Assembly: GCF_009914755.1 (NCBI RefSeq)
Contig: NC_060928.1
Strand: one strand, 5' to 3'
Source of the DNA: the human T2T-CHM13v2.0 reference genome, Homo sapiens
DNA: 64,000 bases
Under the pieces are notes generated by a model. That model saw nothing but the letters and a program-made list of their open reading frames with translations, made no database searches and was not told the DNA's origin. Below, piece after piece: positions 45,901-58,935 of the stretch (positions within the stretch are counted from its first letter, which is position 1; each line of letters starts with the position of its first letter). The position numbers and the translations under genes are program-made.

Positions 45901-48900
45901 TTGTACTTTTTGTTTCAAATTTATTTAGTTCTGCTCTGATCTTGGTTATTTCCTTTATTCTACTAGGTTTGGGTTTCGTTTGTTTTGTTTCTCTAGTTCC
46001 TTGAGGTATGACCTTAGATTGTCTGTTTGTGCTCTTTCAGACTTTTTGATGTAGGCATTTAAGGCTATGAACTTTCCTTTTAGCACCACCTTTGCTGTGT
46101 CACAGAGGTTTTGATAGGTTGTGTTCCTGTTGTCATTCAGTTCAAATATTTTTTTTAATTTTATTAATATTATACTTTAAGTTTTAGGGTACATGTGCAC
46201 AACGTGCAGGTTTTTAATTTCTATCTTGATTTCATTTTTGATCCAGTGATTATTCAGGAGCAGGTTATTTAATTTCCTTGTATTTGCATGCTTTTGAAGG
46301 TTTCTTTTAGAGTTGATTTCCAGTTTTATTCCACTGTGGCCTGAGACAGTGCTTGATATAATTTCAATTTTCTCAAAATTATTGAGGCTCATTTTGTGAC
46401 CTATAAGATGGTTTATCTTGGAGAAATTCCCATGTGCTGCTGAATAAAATGTATATTCTGTGATTGTTGGATGGAATGTTCTGTATATATCTGTTAGTTC
46501 CATTTGTTTCAGAATATAGCTTGAATTCATTGTTTCTTTGTTGACTTTCTGTCTTGATGACCTATTTAGTGCTGTCAGTGGAGTATTGAAGTCCCCCACT
46601 ATTATTTTGCTGCTATCTACCTCATTTCTTAGGTCAATTAGTAACTGTTTTATAAATTTGGGAGCTCCAGTGTTAGGTACATATATGTTTAGGATTGTGA
46701 TATTTTCCTGTTGGACAAGGCCTTTTATCATTATATAATGTCCCTCTTTGTCTCTTTTAACAGCTGTTGCCTTAAAGTTTGTTTTTTTCTCATATAAGAA
46801 TAGCTACTCCTGCTTGCTTTTCGTGTCTGTTTGCATGAAAGGTCTTTTTTCATCCCTTTACCTTAAGGTTATGTGCATTCTTATGTGTTAGACCAGTCTC
46901 TTGAAGGCAGCAGATAGTTGGTTGATGCATTCTTAACCATTATTCAATGCTGTATCTTTTAAGTGGAGCATTTAGGCCATTTACATTCAAAGTTAGTATT
47001 GAGATGTGAGGTATCATTCCATTCATCGTGCTTTTTGTTGCCTGTATACTTTGTTTTTTTGTTTTTGTTGTTTTTTGTTTTGTTTTTTAATCTTGTGTTT
47101 TTGTTTTATAGGTCCTGTAGGATTTATGCTTTAAATGGGTCCTGCTTTGATGTTTTTCCAAGATCTGTTTCAATATTTAGAGCTCCTTTTAGCAGTTTTT
47201 GTAGGGGTGGCTTGGTAGTGGTGAATTCTCTCAGCATTTGTCTGAAAAAGAATATATCTTTCCTCCCTATATGAAGCTTAGTTTCACTGGATACAAAATT
47301 CTTGGCTAATAATTGTTTTGTTTAAGGAGGCTGAAGATAGGGTCCCAATTCTTCCTAGTTTGTAGGGTTTCTGCTGAGAAATCTGTTGTTAATCTGATAA
47401 GTTTTCCTTTATAGGTTACCTGGTGCTTTTGTCTCACAGCTCTTAAGATTCTTTCCTTCATCTTAACTTAAGATAACCTAATGACAATGTGACTAGACAA
47501 TGATCTTTTTGTGATTAGTTTCCCAGGTGTTCTTTGTGCTTCTTGTATTTGCATGTCTAGTTTTCCACCAAGGCCTGGGAATTTTTCCTCAATTATTCCT
47601 CCAAATATGTGTTCCAAATTTTTAGATTTCTCTTCTTCCTCAGGAACACCAATTATTCTTAGGTGTGGTCTTGGTACGTAATCCCAGACTTTATGGAGGC
47701 TTTGTTCCTATTTTCTTATTCTTTTTTTTGTTGTCTTCATTGGATTGCTTTCATTCAAGAACTTGTCTTCGAGATCTAAATTTCTTTCTTCTATTTGTTC
47801 AATTCTATTGCTGAGACTCTGTGGATCATTTTGCATTTCTATAAGTGTGTCCATTGTTTCCTGAAGTTTTGATTGTTTTTTATTTATGCTATTTATTTCC
47901 TTGAGGAATTCTCCCTTCACTTCTTGTGTCATTTTTTGGATTTCCTTACATTGGGGTTTGCCTTTCTCTGGTGCCTCCCTGATTAGCTTAATAACAAACC
48001 TCCTGAATTCTTTTTCAGGTAAATCAGGGATTTCTTCTAGGTTTGGGTTCATTGCTGGTGAGCTAGTGGGATTTTTCTGGGATGTTAAAGAACCTTGTGT
48101 TATCATCATACCAGAGTTGGTTTTCTGGTTCCTTCTCATTTTGGTAGGCTCTGTTGGAGGGAAGGTCTAGGGCTGAAGGCCGTTGTTCATATTCTTTTGT
48201 CCTACGAGGTGTTTCCTATGGATGTGGCTTCCTGAGAGCCAAGTTGTAGTGATTGTTATCTCTCTTCTGGATTTAGCCACCCAGCAAGTCTAGCAGGCTC
48301 CAGGCTGGTACTGAGGGTTGTCTGCACAGAGTCCTGTGATGTGAACCATCTGTGGGTCTCTCAGCCATGGATACCAGTACCTGTTCTGGTGGAGGTGGCA
48401 GGGGTGGTAAAATGGACTCTGTGAGGTCCTTAGTTGTGGTTGTTGAATGGACTGTTTTTGTGCTGGTTGGCCTCCTGCCAGAAGGTGGCACTTTCCAGAG
48501 ACCATCAGCTGTAGTAGTATAGGGAGGAACAGGCAATGGACAGGGCCCTAGAACTGCCAAGAGTATATCCCCTTTGTCTACAGTTACCAGGGAAGAACCA
48601 CAGGGTGGGGGCAGAGCTAGGCGTGTCCAAGCTTAGACTCTCGTGAGCAGGTCTTGCTGCAGCTGCTGTGGGGGATCAGGGTGAGCTTTCTAGGTTAATG
48701 GAGTTATGTTCCTAGGAGGATTTTGACTGTCTCTACTGTGTCATGCAGGTTGTCAGGGAAATGGGGGGAAGCCGGCTGTCACAGGTCTCACTCAGCTCCC
48801 ATGCAAGCCCAAGGGCCCGTCTCATTCCAGCCATGCCAACAGCAACAAATGTTTCCAGGCAGTGGGCAAGCAGGTCTGAGAACTTGTCCCAGGCTACCTG

Positions 48901-49513
48901 CCTCTCCACTGCAAAAACAAATATGGCTTTCTTCCTTCCCCCAGCTGTGGACTCTGCACACCAGATTCATGGCCTCCCCTGAGTTCTGGCCAGGAGGCTT
49001 CTCAATCAGTTCAAATTGTTACAAAGTTCAACTGGAGATTTCCTTCTCCCTGTGGCCTTTTCCTAGCACCTCTGGCTGCCCTCACGAAGGACCTCTGTGA
49101 GGCCAGGTACAAACAACTTGCTAGGGGACCTGGCAAGTTCCCAGGGCTTTTCCCACTGCTTCCTCTACCTCTGTATTTTGCTCAGGTCTCTAAATTGACT
49201 CAGCTCCAGGTAAGGTCAAAATCTTCTCCCATAATCTAGGCCTTCAGTTTCCCCAGTGGGGGTGTGTGTTCGGGGGCTGACAATCTCCCATTCCTTCTTC
49301 CACAGTTTGGGCACTCAGAGTATCTGGGGTGTCTCCTGGGTCCCACAGTAGCAATTTGCTTCCTTCAGGGGGTCTGTGGGTCTTCTTAAGTTTCCCGACT
49401 TATTCCTGCAGTTGTTCTGGAGCAAAAACTCATGATGCGAGCATCCACACGCTGTTCTATCTGTCCGAGTCAGAGCAGAAATCTAGTCCTGCCTCCTGTC
49501 CACCATGATCCCC
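42975..49513 (-). mobile_element. Near full-length L1PB1-like LINE-1 (5' UTR, ORF1, ORF2, 3' UTR), decayed
   Basis: ORF1 remnant 47708-48139; EN 46177-46731; RT 44756-45190 (LCADDM); GC-richer 5' UTR about 48170-49513; possible TSD tcttttttatcttttt. Confidence 0.95.
46162..46212 (-). mobile_element. About 50-bp L1PA 3' tip nested in the L1PB endonuclease region
   Basis: ttatactttaagttttagggtacatgtgcacaacgtgcagg flanked by ttttaattt on both sides. Confidence 0.9.
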
Positions 49514-49516
49514 TGT

Positions 49517-49788
<272 letters not shown>

Positions 49789-49799
49789 ATGATTTGCTT

Positions 49800-50040
49800 T
49801 TACTTACAGCTTTCTCAAAGATAATTTTCCTAACTGCCTTTGTCCCAGGCCATGTCCTTGATGTTTAGTCTTATCTCATTCAATATTCAAAACAACTCTG
49901 TGAATGTCATCTAATATTTCTGCCTATTTATAGAAAACCAAGGTTTAGAGGATATATTTAGTTTTTTCTAACTTCAAAAATGAACTCAAGATCAGAGCCT
50001 ACAGTTGAATCACATCTATCTTATTTACACATTCTTGTCG
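49800..50040 (-). mobile_element. MIR SINE
   Basis: ctcattcaatattcaaaacaactctgtga...gaaaaccaaggtttagag. Confidence 0.6.
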
Positions 50041-50655
50041 TTTAATATTATTTTATACTACTTCAACACATTAGAAGAATGGTTCAATTCTAGACAATTG
50101 TATTCTGTTGAAAATTTCAATGATCCAAAATTTTATCTAAAAATAATATGTTTCTGTACAAACTAAGGTAGAGACAAAAGGTAATATTTAATGCTTTCGG
50201 CTGTAATAAGATCTAATGCTTTCCAAGAAAGTCACATCCAAAATTGAGCCTGATTTTTTGTACCATGCCCTATGCCAGCTTTGTGTGAAATACTAATAGT
50301 CCAATAACTATAACATACCTATTTTTCTTTATTAGCGAGAAATGTAGAATTTATCCTTTATATCAGGAAAACGAAATAAAAACTTCGGAAAAAATAGACA
50401 ATAATCATGATTTTTCTTTTATGCTAAATAACAAATCTGCTCCATACCAAATAAGACTGAATTTTTCTACCTATTAAATATCTCATCTGATCTAAAGGTT
50501 ATTTCTTTATGTATCTATTATGGTTCTTCCTTTATGATTCTTATCAATATAGAGTAAGTTAAAAGTCTGTTACTGCTTTTCTTATTCAATATTTTCATAA
50601 AACATTTTATACTTGTATTGACAGTTAAATAGCTTCTATTGAATGATCAACAATT

Positions 50656-50997
50656 TGCTATGATTTGGATTGTCTGAGCTCCTTTGAAATTCATGTGTTG
50701 ATATCCTATGCCAGAAGGTGACCCTATTAAAAGATTAGGTCTTTGGGAGCTCTTATGATTGGAATCAGCACCATTAAAAAGGAGAACTCCAGAAAGCTAA
50801 CCAGCCCCTCCATCATGTGAGCACAGTGTGAAGGCACCATCTATAAGAAAATGAATCCTCATCAAATGCCAAATCTGCCTGAGTTTTAATCTTCAACTTC
50901 CCAGCCTCTAGAACTGTGAGAAGTAAGTGTTTATTATTAACGCCCCATAGTCTATGACTATGATATTTTGTTATAGTAGTCTAAATGGACTAAGACA
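50656..50997 (+). mobile_element. MLT1A0-like MaLR LTR
   Basis: tgctatgatttgga...cttcccagcctctagaactgtgagaa...tggactaagaca. Confidence 0.85.
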
Positions 50998-51184
50998 TGA
51001 TGCTACCATGAAATTTTGCACACTATAAAATTATTATGATGAGTGTTATTTCTTTTGTTAAACACATAAATGCAGTATAGATTCTATCCAGTAGAAAGTA
51101 ATACCTGATTTTTTAGTAAATAATGGTAAGAAACATCTCTAAGGTAATAATTAAATTGAGTCATGTATCTCAAATAAGGTCCTC

Positions 51185-51500
51185 TATTTATTCAACAAAT
51201 ATTCTTTTTTTAGCCTTGTATAAGTTAAGCATATAATACATTCTTACAGTAATATGGGCAAGTTGAATAATTACTAAAGTTTTACACAAATGACAAAATT
51301 TTGATGGCTGATGAAGAAATATAATTGGGCTATGAGAAAAAACAGAAGTAGACTATGACTTGGTCAGGGGCATTAGAGAGGACTTTCCTTAGAAAGTGAC
51401 ATTCCAGTTGAATTTTGAATAATGAGATGATTTGTTCAGAGGATATGGGTGTCAGTGTTGGAGAGTGGTTTGCAGTTTCCAGATTAATAAAGGAACATCA
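51185..51500 (-). mobile_element. L2 3' end fragment
   Basis: atttattcaacaaatatt; gggcattagagaggactttccttagaaagtgacatt. Confidence 0.55.
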
Positions 51501-52030
51501 CTCCCACATGTGACTTTAATGAATACCCCAAGTTGTAAGCTTAACATCCCACGTGCTTTGTAATCAATTCTGTGTCTGCACAGACCCATGTCTCCCATTG
51601 GGCTAACATAGCAACAGGTACATTGAGTATATATAGGATGGGTGTGGATTAGGGGGAGTAGGTTTTCTCAGAAAGCCTCCTTGTGAGGGGGCTCAAAAAA
51701 GACTAATAAGAGAATTGGAGATTAAGAAGGAAAGATTGCTCCCATTCTACCTGTAACCAGTCTAGAGTTAACAAAATTATTGCACACACAGATATTTTGT
51801 TAGAGTCCCATATTTTGTATGTATAAGAATAATCCATGTGGCCTATAATTTGTAAAATTACACTTTTTATCATAATTAAATGTAGTATAGAGCATTTAAT
51901 ATTAATTACTTGAATAAAAAACTATTTAAAACAGTGAATATATTTATAATGTAAACATACAATTAATGACTCTTAAAGCTGACTATCCAAAGGTGCGTGT
52001 TTTTTTCTTTCTTAAAATGAAAAAATAAAG

Positions 52031-53010
52031 TGTTTAAGTTCCTTGTAGAATCAGGATATTAGCCCATTGTTAAATGGACAGATTGCAAAAATTTTCTCCC
52101 ATTCTGTAGGTTGCCTGTTCACTCTGACAATAGTTTCTTTTGCTGTACAGAAGCTCTTTAGTTTAATTAGATCCCATTTGCCAATTTTGGCTTTTGTTGC
52201 CATTGCTTTTGGTGTTTTAGTCATGAAGGCTTTGCCCATGCCTATGTCCTGAATGGTATTGCCTAAGTTTTCTCCTAGGGTTGTCATGGTTTTAGGTCTT
52301 ACGTTTGAGTCTTTAATCCATCGTGAGTTAATTTTTGTATAAGGTGTAAGGAAGGGGTCCAGTTTCAGTTTTCTGCATATGGCTAGCCAGTTTTCCCAAT
52401 TAGTTCAACCATTGTGGAAGACAATGTGGCTATTCCTCAAGGATCTAGAACTAGAAATACCATTTGAGCCAGCCATCCCATTACTGGGTATATAGCCAAA
52501 AGATTATAAATCATTATACTACAAACACATTTGCACATGTATGTTTATTGCAGCATTGTTCGCAATAGCAAAAACTTGGAACCAATCCAAAAGCCCATCA
52601 ATTATGGACTAAATAAAGAAAATGTGGCACATATACACCATGGGATACTATGCAGCCATAAAAATTGATGAGTTCATGTCTTTTGCAGAGACGTGGATGA
52701 AGCTGGAAACAATAATTCTCAGCAAACTAACACAGGAAGAGAAAACCAAACACTCCATGTTCTCACTCATAAGTGGGAGCTGAACAATAAGAACATATGG
52801 ACACAGGGAGGGGAATATCACACACCAGGGACTGTCAGGGGGCGGCATGCTAGGGGAAGGACAGCATTAAGAGAGATACCTAATGTACATGACGGGTTGA
52901 TGTGTGCAGCAAACCACCATGGCACGTCTACACCTATGTAACAAACCTGCACATTCTACACATATATTCCTGAACTTAAAGTATAATGAAAAAAATAAAA
53001 AATAATAATA
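52031..53010 (+). mobile_element. L1PA7-like LINE-1 with 5' inversion (twin priming)
   Basis: 52031-52399 antisense ORF2 joined to 52400-53010 sense ORF2 end, 3' UTR and poly(A). Confidence 0.93.
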
Positions 53011-53134
53011 AATAATTAATTAAATAGAAGCTTTTAACTGCTGTCAGCAAAATGTCCAATTTGAGAGCTCTGTACACTAACTTGCATAGGTTTGGTAATA
53101 TTAATTAATATTCATATTGATTTAAAAATTCAAC

Positions 53135-53760
53135 AAGTTAAGAAATGTGCAAAGGATATGAGCAAACAAGTCTTAACAACCAATAAAAAAAGACAAAAGA
53201 AAGTTTATCTTTATGGTTATCATCCAAATAACAGAAAATTGTAACAACAAATAAATAGTGTCTTAGATCATTGAACTGAAACACTGAAAAGTATATATCC
53301 AACACTGATGAAATGCCAAGGAAATGGGCATTCACAGATAACTGCTGGAGTAATTCTAATGGATAGTGGTTGGCGCTTTGAAAATTGTATCTTAGCACTA
53401 ATCATCTGAGTGTGCAATTTCACTTTTTATTTTATATCTTAAAAATAATCTTATATGCACATGAAAATAAAATAATTTCTAACCTAATAAAATTATTTAA
53501 CAACAAGCAAATATTTATAACAATCTTGTGTCTAATGACACAAAATCAAATAGCAATACATTTTCAGTTTTGCAAAATAAAACAAGCAAAACTCAAATGC
53601 ATTTGTAAAAAAATCCATGGGAGATAGGATATGAATTAATCATGCCAAGAAAAAAAGAAAAGCACTTATCTGGTGGGTGGTGTCACAATTGATTTATTTT
53701 TGTTCTCTTTTAAACATTTGTATAATTATCAAATATTTACCAGTAAGTTTTCCTTATAAT
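53135..53760 (+). mobile_element. L1ME-like 3' fragment
   Basis: gaaatgtgcaaaggatatgagcaaacaa; ggaaatgggcattcacagataactgctgg. Confidence 0.55.
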
Positions 53761-54381
53761 CCAAGTTAGGCAGACTGAAAACCAAGTTATTTAAGAAGCA
53801 ATTTAACATATGCTTCAAAATCTAAGCCTTGTATTAGCTTGGACTCTTGAAAAAAGAAGTGTATATTTCGAAAGCTTGCATTGTTAAAATCATTTGTACA
53901 GTAATTCTCACAAGTGGTGAATAAATCATCTACACTTTTCACAGCTGACATTCTCTAAGTACAATGATAAAAAACACTGAGTAAGAAGACAGCTTACTTC
54001 ACTTGCAGCCCTTGTCATTCTAAGATTTTGTAAGCTTCTGCAAGCCACTTGACCTCAGTGGACCTTAATTTTCTAATCAGGAAAGTTCATAATCATATCA
54101 GTCTCCTTGTAGCACATGAAATTCTATGCAAGTATTTAACACATTAGGCAAGTAAAAAACATATTATCTTCTCTGAACTTCTACTGAGCAAGCTGTCTGG
54201 TATCTTTGTTGTGATGTGATGCTATGTCACATTTCCTTAGTTGTCTTCAAACCAATCTTGAAGTTTAATCTTTGCAGGTGAGAAGTTTTGTTTCTTTTTA
54301 TTCATTACGTAAGACTACAAAGGATGCTATGTCTTTTTTCCATACAAACAACTTGAAGGAAAGGGAGAAAGAAAGGAAGTA

Positions 54382-54851
54382 TGATAGGAAAGATAAATCT
54401 ATGCCCTAATCCCCAGAACCTATGAATGTTACCTTAAATGGCAAAAAGGTCTTTGCTGATGTGAATAAGGTAAGAATTTTATAATTGGGAGATTATCCTA
54501 GATTATCCTGGTGGTGGAACATAATTACAAGGGATTACTTTCTTATAGGAGTTAGGAAGAAGAACAGAGAGATTGTAGAAGTGACATAGAAGCGAGTACT
54601 TGGACTGATAGAAAAAAGGGGTGGCCGATCAAGGAATATAGGTGGCCTCTAAAAGCTAAAAAGGGCAAGGGAAAGGTTTTCTCCCACTGGAGCCTACGGA
54701 AGGAACCAGCGCTGCCCACATCTTAACTTTATCCCAGTGAAAGTGATTTAGAATTTTCGCACTTGAGAACTGTAAGAGAAAATAAATTCGTGCTGTATTA
54801 AGCCACCAAGTTTATAGTACTTCATTACAGCAGCCATAGGAAACTAATACA
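54382..54851 (+). mobile_element. MLT1D MaLR LTR
   Basis: ctaatccccagaacctatgaatgttacctta...cagcagccataggaaactaataca. Confidence 0.88.
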
Positions 54852-56094
54852 AGAAAGAAGGAGGGGGAAAAAAGAAAGAGATAAAGAACATTGTCACAGC
54901 AGCCTCGAATCCGAAAATTATACAGACAAACCATCAAAGAGCTATTTCATGAACTTTCTGGCTACTGACCACAGGGGCTATGTTGTAAACAGCAGCCTAC
55001 ATTTAAAATTGTTTTGAAGGCTATTTTTAGCTTGTTTATACCACTGTAAGAACAGATATGGTCAAGCCCATTTTATGTCTAAAGAAAAAAAAGTTCTAAA
55101 TCTTGTTTGATGAAGTGGTTTCTATGGAAACAAACTTCAAATCCTAACATAAGGGAAAAAAGAAAATATTTTCAGATAACAAATTAAAATTACTTCCTGT
55201 AGCCTTTAATATGGGTTAAAATTCAAAGGTTAATTTTAGCTCATGAGAAATATGTAAATACAATTTGTTCTGTAGAAAGTTTTACTTGGACCTAAAATTT
55301 TGTTGTTAAGACGATGTGTAATGTGTCTTTAGGTTATTGAGCATTAATATGTATTATATCTTTATAGATCGTACTAGTTTTCTTGAATACTAATGCTTGT
55401 TTGGGGTCGTATTTTCTTCTATCTTTTTTATGCAATTGTTAATTGTAGCACTCATTTGAAGTGCTTTGTCATTAACAAGTTTGGTATGCAGGTGTATAAA
55501 AGCTTTATTAGTACAATGAAATGCACACTAAAGGCAAAACGCTCTGACATAAAAATTTCTTTTTGTCGATTTGAAAATATTTGGTGGCATTGTCCTTGTT
55601 TTATTATGTATGACATCCTACTCACACTCACTGTTCACCCTCAGAAAAATTTTCTAATTCTGATATTATGAGGCAAGAACTGTTTTAATGTGTATTCTTT
55701 TAAAGCACTGGATTTACTGGCATCACTGTAAAACACGTAAAGGTTTTGGTGTAGTGTGGCAGGAAAGGAAAATGGTCCTTAGCTCCTAAGTCGGGATAAA
55801 ATTTCTGCACCTTTGTGCACTGTTCCCATAATTGGAATAACTTAATTAAAAGCTTGCTGAGCTCTTTGTCTCTGATAACCTGTGCAACCTTATTTAATCT
55901 CTTTTCTTTTTAAAAATAGAAAAAAAAAACCCTCTGGTATAAAATCAGCCTAGAATGATTTTATCTTAATCTACTTTAGTAATTTATTTTTCTCATTTTA
56001 ATCCTTAACATAGGAATTAATGTTGAGATTTTACAACCCTTTGATTTATCTAGGTCGTCTCTCTGTATGCATGGATCAACATCATCAGTTATCT

Positions 56095-56266
56095 TTTGTT
56101 GCATTTAATCATGTGCCAAACATCCTGCTCCAGGCTTTACTTGCATAACTTACCAACAGGTAAGGTGTTTTTTCTTAATCTTTATTTTACAAGTGATAAG
56201 ATGGATCCTGTGAGGAATTTGTAAGCATACTCATGGTTACATGGTTACTAAGAGGCCGGCTTCAAA
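56095..56266 (-). mobile_element. MIR SINE
   Basis: atgtgccaaacatcctgctccaggcttt...ttattttacaagtgataag...catggttacatggttactaag. Confidence 0.6.
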
Positions 56267-57351
56267 CTAGCTGCCTATCTGATGAGAATAAGGTTCTTCA
56301 GTTGCTGCTCTCCACACCCTGCAGTTTACATTGTAACCTGTACACAGGCAGAGGGAAAGGAATAGTGATACCACAAAAGAGAGACCCTTGGAAAGGGTAA
56401 ATGAGAAGCGGCATAGATGAAGAGTTACTACTCCAGAAGCATTCACTGGAACAGAAAGTAGGGCTGCCAGAGCAAGGATGGAGCAGGTGAGATTCACCAA
56501 GAAATCAAGTCTTTTTTGATTTTCTTTCTTATATTTTGCTGTTCTTTCTTATACTTTGTCTTTAAACATATAAGTACCCAAAAATTGCAGTATCTTTTGA
56601 AAAATAATTTCCTTATTTTAAGGCACTTTCTAGGACCCTTGAATATGTTCATTAACATCCCAGAAACAATGATTATTTGGGGAAAAAATTATGCAAAGTT
56701 TAGCCATTCAAAAGGAGAAATGTAGAAATGGTCTCTATTATTTTGAGTTACTTCATGTTTCCAATTGTAGGTCTGTTGTTTAGGAAAAATAATTTGTTTT
56801 TCTTAGATATATTTTGTTTACACCATGTTATTTGTTAAACATTTTTGACAAACATCCTGTAACTCTTTCAGCAACTTATTTTATGCACAATTGATCTGAT
56901 CAACCCATTCGGTCACTAAGTTTACACCAAAATAATTATCTACAGATAAAACTAATAACAGCAACACACACACAAAACCCATACACCCCTCTTGCCTAAA
57001 TTATGAAAGCTATGTTAAGAAAATTATTGCCACAATGCAGCAAGTTACACAATTTTCTTAATTTCATAGCACAAATATAGTGACTGTGATATATATAGGA
57101 AATTATACTTTTTATTGTCTCTAAAACATTATATTCTAAGCAGGACAGAGTGAAATACCTCCTGATACTCATCGAGTGCTGCAAGTGACAAAGACCACAA
57201 GAAAAATACAAATAAAATTTGCAGTGGTCCTAAGAGCTAGACATATAAACTAAAAACTCTAATGCAAAGCTGTACTAAAGATGTCAAATATACAAAAGTC
57301 AAATTCAGGTTTACTGATTTCCAAAACATAATTTTATGTATGTATATAAGT

Positions 57352-57513
57352 ATTTATTTATTTAGTCAGGGTCTTGCTCTATATCCCAGACTGGAGTGCA
57401 GTGGTGCAATCATAGCTCATTGCAGCTTCGAAGGAACACCTAGGCTCAAGCAATCCTCATGTCTCTACCTCCCAAACTGCTGGAATTGCAGATGTGAGTC
57501 ACATTGCCTGACC
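57352..57513 (-). mobile_element. Alu monomer (FAM-like or arm-recombined AluJ)
   Basis: ctggagtgcagtggtgcaatcatagctca...ctcccaaactgctggaattgcagatgtgagtcac. Confidence 0.85.
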
Positions 57514-57997
57514 CAAAACCGTTAATTTTAAGATCAGAACTCAGATTGTCTTTAATTTGTAAATATAATATAAGCTTCACTGCTTTCTTCCCACCAACCA
57601 AAAACCATTACCATTTTTCTCAAGCCTCCCTCAGATGTAGCCCAGTCTTTCTGTTCTCAGAGTATCTGATATCTGAGCAGTTGTAATTGCAGCTAACCTG
57701 GCACAGTAAGGATCTGTGTAGCCCCTAAAACAATTTTGATGCTCCGACAGGAGACCCACAAACACTGTGCTACCATTTCAGGTCTCATGAAAGGAAGATG
57801 CTTTGTCTCCTTGAAAGGATCCATTCACATAATGAGTTACTATTCTAAAACTCTGAGCTGTGAATAAGCGATCTACACATTAAAGAGACCAGTTCATTTC
57901 CTGATATATCCTTGATCTTATTAAAATTAAAGAGTTACAAAAACTGCTACCATATTGCTACTTATCAAAAATGCCAAAGAAATAAAATTTTAATGAC

Positions 57998-58355
57998 TGG
58001 TATGGTTTCGTTGTGTCCCCACCCAAATCTAGTCTTGAATTGTAACTCCCATAATTCCTACCTGTCTTGGGAGGGACCTGGTGGGAGGTAATTGAATGTA
58101 AGGGTGGGTCTTTCCCATGCTTTTCTCTTGTTAGTGAATAAGTCTCACGAGATCTGATGGTTTTATAACAGGGAGTTCCCCTGGACACGTTTTCTTTGCC
58201 TGCTGGTGAGTGACTTTGCTCTTCCTTGGCCTTCTGCCATGATTATAAGGACTCCCCAGCCATGTGGAACTGTGAGTCAATTAAACCTCTTTCCTTTATA
58301 AACTACCCAGTCTCAGGTATGTCTTTATTAGCAGGGTAATAAATGGATTAATACA
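57998..58355 (+). mobile_element. THE1B-like MaLR solo LTR
   Basis: tggtatggtttcgttgtgtccccacccaaatct...ggattaataca. Confidence 0.92.
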
Positions 58356-58647
58356 GTGGCTTATAAATATTACTAATAAACATGTAAATTTTATTTTTTC
58401 TGATTTGAGTCTCAACTAAAAAATTAAGTTCCTTGCTATTGTCCTAAGCCATTTCATACTCCAAATAACTGAAACGCCTTTCACTTTTGTTGAAAAGGGT
58501 TGAGCTATGGAAATGGAGGATCAATCATATCATCCAGCTTCAGCTTAAAAAAATACTAACATCATTCAGAATAAAAATTAACTTAATTTTTGAATTATTC
58601 CTTTTATTCTTAACCATGATTATAGTTGCTTTGTTAAAAATGTTTTA

Positions 58648-58935
<288 letters not shown>

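Noticed and set aside
48273-49100. ORFs in a GC-richer segment, possible CpG-island gene
   Set aside because: This is the L1PB 5' UTR and it is CpG-depleted.
55436-55478. Imperfect hairpin ttgttaat..agcact..agtgct..attaacaa as a pre-miRNA
   Set aside because: Only about 43 nt, AT-rich, with an internal loop; plausible by chance.
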